Below, one piece after another: positions 25,029-33,008 of a stretch of DNA of 64,000 bases (position 1 is its first letter; the number at the start of each line of letters is the position of its first letter). A program made the translations under genes and the position numbers. The notes under the pieces are model-generated. The model was not told where the DNA came from. It searched no databases and worked only from the letters and a program-made list of their open reading frames with translations. Source of the DNA: an uncultured Actinomycetes bacterium (GTDB taxonomy: Bacteria > Actinomycetota > Coriobacteriia > Anaerosomatales > CAVRZR01); the NCBI GenBank assembly GCA_963809535.1, contig CAWEJW010000001.1, forward strand, positions 553,354 through 617,353. Reading direction: 5' to 3'.

Positions 25029-26387
25029 ATGCTGACGTACGCCGCGGCACTCGAAGCACTGAAGGCTGCCGAGCGGTTCGGCACCCACCCCTCGCTCGAA
25101 GGAACACGGGCGCTCACGCGAGGTCCTGTCGAACCCGCAGGACGCATACCGCTGTATCCAGGTGACCGGCACGAACGGCAAGTCGTCCACCGTGCGCCTC
25201 ATTTCGCTGCTCTGCTCGCCGCCCATGGGGTCAGGACGGGCGCGTATCTCAGTCCCGAGCTCGAGTCGATGACCGAGCGTATCGAACTCGCGGGTGCACC
25301 GGCGAGCGAGGCGGACTTCGCGAGGGCGATTTCGGCGGCGTGCTCGGCGCGCGAAGGCGCCTGGGAGTCGGGTCTGCTGCCGCCCGAGTTCACGATCACG
25401 CAGTTCGAGCTCCTTACCACGGCGGCACTCTGGCTCTTCCGCGCCAGGAAGGTCCAGGTGGCGTGTCTCGAGGTCGGCATGGGCGGCCGATGGGATGCGA
25501 CGAGCGTGGTCGCTCCCGCGGTCGCCGTAATCACCGGCGTGGCTCTCGACCACACTGAGCAGCTGGGGAAGACGCGCGAAGCGATCGCCGAGGACAAGAG
25601 CACGATTATCAAGCCCGGCTCCGTCGCGGTCATCGGGCCGGGGGCCCCGGGTCTGGACGAGATCTTCCTCCGGCGGGCCCGAGAGGTCCAGGTCGGCGTC
25701 GTGGCCGTGCGAGCCCAGGGCCAGCCGTCACCCGTGGTGCAGCAGCGTACCGTGTGCTACCAGCCGACCTCGCGTCCCAACGCGCCTGACGGTCGCACGG
25801 TCGTGCGTGTGCGGGGCATCTTCACCGAGTACGGCGAGGTCGCGCTGCTCTGCCCCGCGTACCAAGCGGCCAACGTCGCCACTGCGATCGCTGCCGTCGA
25901 GATCTACCTCGGGTGCGCCTTGGATGCGAACGCCCTTCGCACGACGCTCGAGGCGATGGTGTTCCCCGGCCGCTTCGAGCTTCTGCGTGGGCATCCCCCG
26001 CTCGTCATCGACGGCGCGCACAATCCGCAGGCGGCCGTAGCGCTCGCCGAAGCGATCGAGGACGCCTGGCCGGACGAGCACACCCGCCCTGCGCTGCTCT
26101 TGGGAATCCTCGCCGACAAGGACGCACGCGGGATCGTCGAGGTCTTGGCGCCACTGGCCAGCAGCATCGCAGTGACGCGCAGCACCTCGCCTCGCGCCAT
26201 GGGCGTGGGGGAGCTGGCCGCGCTGGTAGAGCAGGTCACTGGCCGCCGGCCGTCAACATTCCCGGACGTGGGCTCGGCGCTGGACGAGCGTGCGATGGCC
26301 AGCGAGGCCGGCCTTGTCGTCACCGGGAGCATCACGATTGCGGGCGAGGCTCGGCGCTGGGCCGGGGGACGGCTCGGGACCGTCTAG
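25029..26387 (+). CDS. folC: folylpolyglutamate synthase/dihydrofolate synthase, with a locally out-of-frame P-loop segment
   Basis: MLTYAAALEALKAAERFG..SLEG N-terminus and a Mur-ligase body. The motif VTGTNGKSST (25162-25191) is in the +1 frame relative to ATG 25029 and to everything after about 25215. Confidence 0.75.
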   Translation: MLTYAAALEALKAAERFGTHPSLEGTRALTRGPVEPAGRIPLYPGDRHERQVVHRAPHFAALLAAHGVRTGAYLSPELESMTERIELAGAPASEADFARAISAACSAREGAWESGLLPPEFTITQFELLTTAALWLFRARKVQVACLEVGMGGRWDATSVVAPAVAVITGVALDHTEQLGKTREAIAEDKSTIIKPGSVAVIGPGAPGLDEIFLRRAREVQVGVVAVRAQGQPSPVVQQRTVCYQPTSRPNAPDGRTVVRVRGIFTEYGEVALLCPAYQAANVATAIAAVEIYLGCALDANALRTTLEAMVFPGRFELLRGHPPLVIDGAHNPQAAVALAEAIEDAWPDEHTRPALLLGILADKDARGIVEVLAPLASSIAVTRSTSPRAMGVGELAALVEQVTGRRPSTFPDVGSALDERAMASEAGLVVTGSITIAGEARRWAGGRLGTV

Positions 26388-26430
26388 CTGCCGCCTGGCT
26401 CTATCCCACCTTCTGCTAGAATCCGGCTAG

Positions 26431-26456
26431 CCCGCGACCGTTCTCGCGGGGTTTTG
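26431..26456 (+). terminator. rho-independent terminator after folC
   Basis: CCCGCGA-ccgttc-TCGCGGG followed by GTTTTGG. Confidence 0.6.
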
Positions 26457-26491
26457 GATCCGCCTTGCGACGCGAGCGATGAGGAGCGCCA

Positions 26492-26926
26492 ATGGGGGAC
26501 CTGCTTGCCCCGATCCTGAACAACCCGGCATTCGCGTTGGCGCGGCAGCTCTGCATCCTGTTCTTCATCGTTCTGACCATCGCTCTGGTCTTCTGGACGT
26601 ACCGGGATGCGCAGCGCCGAGGAGCCATGGGCTGGTTCTGGTCCCTCGTGGTCCTTGTCTTCAACATCTTCGGCTGGTTCATTTACCTCGTCGTGCGTCC
26701 GCCGGAGTTGGCCGCAGACGCCCGGGAGCGGGATCTCGAGATCCGTGCGAAAGAGATCTCACTGCAGCGTGACCTCGAATCGTGTCCGGCCTGCTACAAG
26801 CCGGTGGAGAAGGACTTCCTCATCTGCCCGTACTGCATGAAGAAGCTCAGGAAGTCCTGCATCGAATGCGACCGGCCGCTAAGGCTGAACTGGAACGTCT
26901 GTCCGTACTGCAGGACGAAGCAGTAG
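26492..26926 (+). CDS. membrane protein with PLDc_N-like N-terminus and C-terminal double zinc ribbon
   Basis: Two TM helices (YRDAQRRG..GWFWSLVVLVFNIFGWFIYLVVRP), then CPACYKPV....ICPYC and CIECDRPL....VCPYC. Confidence 0.7.
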   Translation: MGDLLAPILNNPAFALARQLCILFFIVLTIALVFWTYRDAQRRGAMGWFWSLVVLVFNIFGWFIYLVVRPPELAADARERDLEIRAKEISLQRDLESCPACYKPVEKDFLICPYCMKKLRKSCIECDRPLRLNWNVCPYCRTKQ

Positions 26927-26985
26927 AACCGGCGCCTCGCCAAGCTGCGGGGCGTCTGCTCGTGTGACTCAGCGAGGAGACAGCA

Positions 26986-28902
26986 ATGCCCGACATCACC
27001 GTGACCCTGCCCGACGGAAGCGCGCTGTCCGTACCGGAGGGTGCCACGGTTCGCCACGTCGCCGAGTCGATCGGCTCCCGTCTTGCCCAGGCGGCCTTGG
27101 CGGGCAAGGTGAACGGTGCACTCGTGGATGTCGACCGCGTTGTCGTGCCCGGCGATGTGGTCGAGATCGTGACCGGCTCTTCGCCTGACGCGCTTGGGAT
27201 CCTTCGGCACTCCACGGCCCACGTGATGGCCGAGGCTGTGAAGGACCTGTTCCCGCTGGCCAAGTTCGGTATCGGCCCGGCGATCGAGGACGGCTTCTAC
27301 TACGACTTCGACGTCGAGCGTCCCTTCACCCCCGACGACGTTGAGCGCATCGAGGCACGGATGCGGGACATCGTCGCCGAGCGGCTGTCGTTCCGGCGGG
27401 GAGAGCTCGACCGTCTCGAGGCGATCGACGAGTTCGAGGGGCAGCCGTACAAGCAGGAGCTGATCGAAGAGCTGCCCGAGGGCGAGACCATCTCCGTCTA
27501 CGAGCAGGGTTCCTTCGAGGATCTATGCCGCGGCCCGCACGTGCCTGACACGGGCCGGATCGGCGCGTTCAAGCTCACGAAGGTCGCCGGCGCGTACTGG
27601 CGCGGGGACTCCGGGCGGCCGATGCTCCAACGCATCTACGGCACCGCCTGGTTCTCGCAGAAGGACCTGGACGCCTACCTCGAGCGCATCGAGGAAGCGG
27701 AGCGCCGCGATCACCGCAAGCTCGGCAAAGAGCTGGACCTTTTCAGCTTCCACGAGGTAGCCGGCGCCGGTCTGCCCCTCTACCACCCGAAGGGCGCCCG
27801 CATTCTGCGCATGCTCCAAGAGTGGCTGCGCCAAGAGCTCTATCGCCGCGGGTACGTCGAGGTGATCACGCCACACATCTACCGGTCGGAAGTCTGGAAG
27901 ATCAGCGGGCACTACGACTTCTACGGCGAGAACATGTACTTCTTCGAGATCGACGAGGGTGAGGGCCGCGTCAACGAGTACGCGGTCAAGCCGATGAACT
28001 GCCCCGGCCACGTGCTCATCTTCGACAACGACGTTCGCTCGTACCGCGACCTGCCGATGCGCATCTCCGAGTTCGGCACGGTGTATCGCCACGAAATGTC
28101 GGGGGTCGTGCACGGGCTTATGCGTGCGCGCGGCTTCACTCAGGACGACGCGCACATCTTCTGCACCGCGGACCAGGTGCACGACGAGGTCATCGGCATG
28201 CTCGAGCTCGTCGACTACGTCATGGGCGTCTTCGGCTTCGAGTACACGGCCGAAGTCTCGACGCGCCCGGAGAAGTCGATCGGCGACGACGCCGAGTGGG
28301 ACCTTGCGACCAAGGCGCTCATCGAGACGCTCGAGGAACGCGGCATTCCGTTCGAGATCAACGAGGGCGACGGCGCATTCTACGGTCCCAAGATCGACAT
28401 CAAGCTCAAGGATGCGATCGGTCGCACGTGGCAATGCTCGACGATCCAGGTCGATTTCAACTTCCCGGCGCGCTTTGGCCTCACGTATCGCACCGCGGAG
28501 AACACCGAGGCGGTACCGTTCATGCTGCACCGCACCATCCTGGGCAGCATGGAGCGCTTCCTCGGCATCCTCATCGAGCACTATGCGGGTGCCTTCCCGA
28601 CATGGCTCGCGCCGGTGCAGGCGGTCCTCATCCCGATCGCAGACAGGCATCTGGATCAGGCGGCGTCGGTCAAGCAGCGGCTCGAGACGCGAGGTCTGCG
28701 GATCGAGGTCTACGCGGAGCAGGAACCGATGCGGGTAAAGATCGCCAAGGCGCAGCAGCAGAAGGTGCCCTACATGCTCGTCATCGGCGATAAGGAAGTC
28801 GAGACAGACGCAGTGTCCGTACGCGAGCGCACGCAGGGCGATATCGGGCAGATGAGCGTGGCGGACTTCGCCGACCTGGTTTCGGAACAGCTACCGGCCT
28901 GA
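26986..28902 (+). CDS. thrS: threonine--tRNA ligase
   Basis: 638 aa. N-terminal TGS domain (ITVTLPDGS), editing-domain HSTAHVMA, class II core (FRGLTQDDAHIF-type RGFTQDDAHIF) and anticodon-binding C-terminus. Confidence 0.95.
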   Translation: MPDITVTLPDGSALSVPEGATVRHVAESIGSRLAQAALAGKVNGALVDVDRVVVPGDVVEIVTGSSPDALGILRHSTAHVMAEAVKDLFPLAKFGIGPAIEDGFYYDFDVERPFTPDDVERIEARMRDIVAERLSFRRGELDRLEAIDEFEGQPYKQELIEELPEGETISVYEQGSFEDLCRGPHVPDTGRIGAFKLTKVAGAYWRGDSGRPMLQRIYGTAWFSQKDLDAYLERIEEAERRDHRKLGKELDLFSFHEVAGAGLPLYHPKGARILRMLQEWLRQELYRRGYVEVITPHIYRSEVWKISGHYDFYGENMYFFEIDEGEGRVNEYAVKPMNCPGHVLIFDNDVRSYRDLPMRISEFGTVYRHEMSGVVHGLMRARGFTQDDAHIFCTADQVHDEVIGMLELVDYVMGVFGFEYTAEVSTRPEKSIGDDAEWDLATKALIETLEERGIPFEINEGDGAFYGPKIDIKLKDAIGRTWQCSTIQVDFNFPARFGLTYRTAENTEAVPFMLHRTILGSMERFLGILIEHYAGAFPTWLAPVQAVLIPIADRHLDQAASVKQRLETRGLRIEVYAEQEPMRVKIAKAQQQKVPYMLVIGDKEVETDAVSVRERTQGDIGQMSVADFADLVSEQLPA

Positions 28903-28973
28903 GCCGCGGCGCCGCTAGACAGCCACGAACGGCGGCCGCTATACTGCTCCGGCTAACCGAATACCGCTGAAGC

Positions 28974-29007
28974 GGGACCCCACCCTCATGTTCGAAGAAG
29001 GGGTCCC
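28974..29007 (+). terminator. stem-loop downstream of thrS (weak terminator candidate)
   Basis: GGGACCCC ... GGGGTCCC, an 8-bp stem with an 18-nt loop, followed by CACCTTTCGG. Poor U-tract. Confidence 0.3.
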
Positions 29008-29160
29008 CACCTTTCGGCGCCGCGTACGTGGCAGCTGTCTGGTCGAATGTGGCGCGTGCGACGCGCCGTTCCTCCCGTCGGCTGTACGCTGCGGGAGGTT
29101 CTTGTTGGATGGCGATCGCCGACAGCGGTGCGATCGCAGCTAAACGGAGGTGAGCTGCCT

Positions 29161-29760
29161 ATCAGCAGCAGCGAGGAGCCCAGGATAAACGAGCGCATCC
29201 GCGCGGCCCGATGCCGTCTCATCGGTGTCGATGGCTCGCAGCTCGGCATCTTCACACTCGATGATGCCATGCGGATAGCCGACGATCAGGGTTTGGACTT
29301 GGTCGAGATCGCCGCCGCGGCCGACCCGCCCGTCTGCCGGATCATGGACTATGGCAAGTACAAGTACGAGCAGACGCAGAAGGCCAAACTGGCGCGCAAG
29401 CACCAGACAAAGGTGGAGATCAAAGAGATCAAGTTCCGCCCCAAGATCGACACGCACGACTACGAGACGAAGAAGCGCCACGTCGTGCGGTTCCTGGAAG
29501 CCGGAGCGAAGGTCAAGGTCACGATCATGTTCCGCGGTCGCGAGATGGTGCACGCCGAGAGGGGCTTGGCCATTCTCGAGCGCCTCGCCGAGGATGTTTC
29601 GGACCTGGCCACCATCGAGAACCAACCCAAGCTCGAGGGCCGGAACATGCACATGTTGATCCAGCCCATCAAGAAGGTGCCGCCCAAGACAGTCAAAGAA
29701 ACCGAAGGCGAGTCCGAGACTGCTGATGAAGCCGCACCTGCCGCCAATGAGACCGCGTAA
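29161..29760 (+). CDS. infC: translation initiation factor IF-3, probable non-canonical ATC start
   Basis: [31 protein letters not shown]...DLVEI....[20 protein letters not shown] lies at 29146-29150, 10 nt before ATC 29161. The only canonical in-frame start (ATG 29047) would add 38 non-homologous residues. Confidence 0.75.
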   Translation: MSSSEEPRINERIRAARCRLIGVDGSQLGIFTLDDAMRIADDQGLDLVEIAAAADPPVCRIMDYGKYKYEQTQKAKLARKHQTKVEIKEIKFRPKIDTHDYETKKRHVVRFLEAGAKVKVTIMFRGREMVHAERGLAILERLAEDVSDLATIENQPKLEGRNMHMLIQPIKKVPPKTVKETEGESETADEAAPAANETA

Positions 29761-29769
29761 GGAGCGAGC

Positions 29770-29967
29770 ATGCCCAAGATGAAGACACACAGGGGGACCG
29801 CGAAGCGCTTCAGGCTGACCGGGACTGGCAAGATCAAACGTGCGAACGCGTTCAAGAGCCACATCCTCGAGAAGAAGTCGCCAAAGCGTAAGCGTGCCTT
29901 CCGGGCCGACTCGTTCGTCCACAAGAGCGACGAGAACGTCATCCGAAAGGGACTCGGCATCGGCTAG
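29770..29967 (+). CDS. rpmI: 50S ribosomal protein L35
   Basis: [24 protein letters not shown], 65 aa. Confidence 0.95.
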   Translation: MPKMKTHRGTAKRFRLTGTGKIKRANAFKSHILEKKSPKRKRAFRADSFVHKSDENVIRKGLGIG

Positions 29968-30024
29968 AGCCGTCCCTCGCCCGACCGCCCTTCAGTCCGA
30001 TGTCCGTCAAGGAGTGAGCTAGTC

Positions 30025-30381
30025 ATGCCTCGAGTAAAACGCGCGATCGCCGCGAAGAAGAAGCGCCGCACCGTCTTGACGCGCGCCAAGGGATACTACG
30101 GCGCGAAGAGTCGCAGCTACCGCGCTGCCAAGGAGCAGGTTCAGCACTCGCTGCAGTACGCCTACCGCGATCGCCGCAACAAGAAGCGCGAGATCAGGCG
30201 GCTGTGGATCGTCCGCATCAACGCCGGAGCCCGCGCGAACGGTATGTCGTATTCCGTATTCATGAACGGCCTGAAGAAGGCCGGCATCACTCTCGACCGC
30301 AAAGTCCTTTCGGACCTCGCGATCAACGATCCGGGTGCGTTCACCAAGCTTGTTGAGTTGGCGAAGGCCCAGGTCTCTTAG
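30025..30381 (+). CDS. rplT: 50S ribosomal protein L20
   Basis: [57 protein letters not shown]. Confidence 0.95.
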   Translation: MPRVKRAIAAKKKRRTVLTRAKGYYGAKSRSYRAAKEQVQHSLQYAYRDRRNKKREIRRLWIVRINAGARANGMSYSVFMNGLKKAGITLDRKVLSDLAINDPGAFTKLVELAKAQVS

Positions 30382-30410
30382 CAGTTCGTCACCGAATCGC
30401 GCCCTTGCAG

Positions 30411-30440
30411 GCCCCGCTCCGGCGGGGCTTGTCTGTCTCT
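30411..30440 (+). terminator. rho-independent terminator after rplT
   Basis: GCCCCGC-tccg-GCGGGGC followed by TTGTCTGTCTCT. Confidence 0.65.
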
Positions 30441-30600
30441 GGCGCGAAGGTGCGAGGGAGCGCGTTCTCTGGCCGGGTGAGGCTCGAGAAAGACCGGGTT
30501 TGGGGGTCTGAGTCACGTTGAATGCGGTCAGTGAGGCGCCTCCAGACCACCACGTCCATGCCGCTCCCCCTCGGCGGGCCCACCCGAGGAGGAGTGTTCG

Positions 30601-31086
30601 ATGCTCAGGAAGATGCTCTATTCGATGCTCGGAGCGCTGGCCGCGATCTCGATAGGCGCGGCTGGCGCGTACTTCACGACGCAGGTTCAAGTGCCGGACA
30701 GCATGATCAAGTCAGGAACCATAGCGATATCGACCGAACCGACGTCGGCCCCGTTGTCGATCGATGCGCTTGCGCCGGGGGCGACAATCATCCGTTCGCT
30801 GTCCGTCCAGAACTCGGGGTCGCTTCCGGTCGACATCGTTGTCACCGCAGCGAAGAAGGCGGGGATCACCGACTTCTACAATGCACTGACATGTCGCGTC
30901 AGCGCCGGAGACACACAGGTCTACGAGGGGCCGCTGTCCACGTTGCAGACCGCTCCGCTCCAGCTCAACGCGGGTGCACGTGGCGATCTGCGGTTCGAGG
31001 TAGGCCTTCCCGCCGAGGTCGGAAACGACCTGGCCGGTGACTACGCCAAAGTGTCGCTGTACGTCGACGCGGAACAATCGCACTGA
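30601..31086 (+). CDS. TasA/camelysin-like secreted protein with SipW-type signal peptide
   Basis: 161 aa. N-terminus MLGALAAISIGAAGAYFTTQ followed by GTIAIST.P......ALAPGA........V.N.GSLP is the layout of SipW-cognate proteins. Co-transcribed with a SipW-like peptidase. Confidence 0.6.
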   Translation: MLRKMLYSMLGALAAISIGAAGAYFTTQVQVPDSMIKSGTIAISTEPTSAPLSIDALAPGATIIRSLSVQNSGSLPVDIVVTAAKKAGITDFYNALTCRVSAGDTQVYEGPLSTLQTAPLQLNAGARGDLRFEVGLPAEVGNDLAGDYAKVSLYVDAEQSH

Positions 31087-31478
31087 TGGCCGCGAGTTGT
31101 GTTGGCCGAACGACAGGCCTTGCATGCATCGCGCTCATCGCGTTCGTGGCGTATGCGCTGGCCTCCGGGAGGCTGGTGGTCGTCCGCGTCTCCGGGGGCT
31201 CCATGGCTCCCGCGCTCTGGCCGGGCGACGTGTGCCTGGTGACGCGCGCAGCATCCCTCGCAGCGAGCGACGTCGTCCTGTACGTGCCGCCGGGGCACAC
31301 AGGCCGCGTCCTGCATAGGGTGCGCTCGCTCGAGAGCTCGCGAGTCGTCACGCAAGGCGACGCCAATCCCATCCGCGATCGCGAGCCCGTCCCGCGAAGC
31401 GCCGTTCTGGGCAAGGTCAGTGTGGTCATGCCGATCGGTCACGCCATAAACGTGTGGCAGCGTGACTCCGGCAGGTGA
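31086..31478 (+). CDS. sipW: signal peptidase I, SipW/archaeal (S26B) type
   Basis: TM anchor, then VSGGSMAPALWPGDV (catalytic Ser), VLHRV (His) and TQGDAN. ATGA overlap with the upstream gene. Confidence 0.7.
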   Translation: MAASCVGRTTGLACIALIAFVAYALASGRLVVVRVSGGSMAPALWPGDVCLVTRAASLAASDVVLYVPPGHTGRVLHRVRSLESSRVVTQGDANPIRDREPVPRSAVLGKVSVVMPIGHAINVWQRDSGR

Positions 31479-31507
31479 TACACTCGCAAGCCAAATCGCA
31501 TACAGCA

Positions 31508-31832
31508 TGGCGATGACGGAGAGGCGCCCGGCACGGCGAGTCCCACCAGGGAAGGATCCCGACGACTGGAAGGGTCCTGGACAGCAGAGCGGGCGGTTCA
31601 CTCCAGCAGCCGCGATCTGAAAGACGTACAGCATCGTGCTCGGCGTCGAGTAGGAGAGCCGGGATCCCCCGTTACCGGGACGACGCGGCGTAAGGCCGCA
31701 CATGGCCGGGAAGCGATTCAGAACGTCCCGGCGCCCGAGAGGACCCCAAGTGGGGTCAACCGAGGTGGTACCGCGGGAGCCGGCTCCCGTCCTTGGATCG
31801 TTGAGGACGGAGCCGGCTCCGCTGTTCTGTGC
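31508..31832 (+). promoter_or_regulatory. T-box leader (Phe specifier candidate) with terminator, upstream of pheS
   Basis: GCGATGACGGAGAGG K-turn/Stem I start at about 31510. Candidate specifier TTC-A at 31597-31600. T-box core GGTGGTACCGCG at 31764-31775. Then hairpin GGAGCCGGCTCCCGTCC...GGACGGAGCCGGCTCC (31776-31820) plus GCTGTTCTGTG. Confidence 0.7.
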
Positions 31833-31885
31833 AACCGGTGCCGAGGCATTGTGCGACACGGGTATGTCACTGGCGAGGGAGTGCT

Positions 31886-32947
31886 ATGAGCATCGTCGAG
31901 GAACTCGAGCAACTGAAGGTCGCGGCCTTGCGCGAGATCGCCGAGGCGGCCGATCCAGCCGGACTGGATGCGGTCCGCGTCCGGTATCTGGGAAAGAAGG
32001 GCCAGCTGACCGCGGTTCTGAGGGGCTTGGGTTCTCTTGCCGCCGATGAGCGACCGATCGTCGGAAGGATCTCCAACGAGGTCCGCACGGTACTCGAGGA
32101 GGCGCTCAGTGGACGCGCGAGCGAACTCGGTGAGGCTGTCCTTCGAGCGAAGGTCGCCGCGGACGCGGTCGACGTGACGCTGCCTGGCCGCGCCCACAGC
32201 CCGGGGCACGCGCATCTCATCAGCCAGATCACTGAGCAGGTCGTCAACGTGTTCATCGGTCTCGGATACAGGGTTGCCGAGGGACCCGAAGTCGAACTGG
32301 ACTACTACAACTTCACGGCACTGAACCACCCGCCAGAGCATCCCGCCCGGGCGGCGACCGATACGTTCTACGTCCGTGACTTGAGCGTTGAGGGTGGTTC
32401 CGACGCGGTCGAGTCGGACGTTCTGTTGCGGACGCACACGAGCCCGGTCCAGGTGCGGGTCCTCGAGCGTCAGCAACCGCCCATCTACATCATCTGCCCC
32501 GGGCAGGTCTACCGGCGCGACATAGCCGATCCGAGCCACCTGCCGCAGTTCACGCAGGTCGAGGGCTTGGTCGTCGACGAGGGAATAACCCTGGGCGACC
32601 TCAAGGGCACGCTCGACCACTTCGTGCGCGAGATATTCGGCCCAGATCGTCGGACCAGATTCCGGCCGCACTTCTTCCCGTTCACGGAACCGTCAGCCGA
32701 GGTGGACGTCTCATGCGGCATCTGCGGTGGCAGCGGTTGCCGGTTCTGCAAGAACACCGGCTGGCTCGAGATCCTGGGGTGCGGCATGGTCGACCCGAGT
32801 GTCTTCGGCTACGTGGGCGTTGACCCAGAGCGCTACACCGGGTTCGCGTTCGGGCTCGGCGTGGAACGCATTGCTGCGCTCAAGTACGACATCCCTGACG
32901 TGAGGATGCTGCTCGAAGGTGACATGCGTTTCGTTCGGCAGTTCTGA
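31886..32947 (+). CDS. pheS: phenylalanine--tRNA ligase alpha subunit
   Basis: MSIVEELEQL... N-terminal coiled coil. Class II motifs HP...........F, RTHTSPVQ, FRPHFFPFTEPSAEVD and GFAFGLGVERIA. Confidence 0.95.
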   Translation: MSIVEELEQLKVAALREIAEAADPAGLDAVRVRYLGKKGQLTAVLRGLGSLAADERPIVGRISNEVRTVLEEALSGRASELGEAVLRAKVAADAVDVTLPGRAHSPGHAHLISQITEQVVNVFIGLGYRVAEGPEVELDYYNFTALNHPPEHPARAATDTFYVRDLSVEGGSDAVESDVLLRTHTSPVQVRVLERQQPPIYIICPGQVYRRDIADPSHLPQFTQVEGLVVDEGITLGDLKGTLDHFVREIFGPDRRTRFRPHFFPFTEPSAEVDVSCGICGGSGCRFCKNTGWLEILGCGMVDPSVFGYVGVDPERYTGFAFGLGVERIAALKYDIPDVRMLLEGDMRFVRQF

Positions 32948-33008
32948 GCGCGGAGTTCCGAGTAGAAACGTCTGATCATCGACGCGACGAGGAGAAGGCA
33001 GTCCATCC

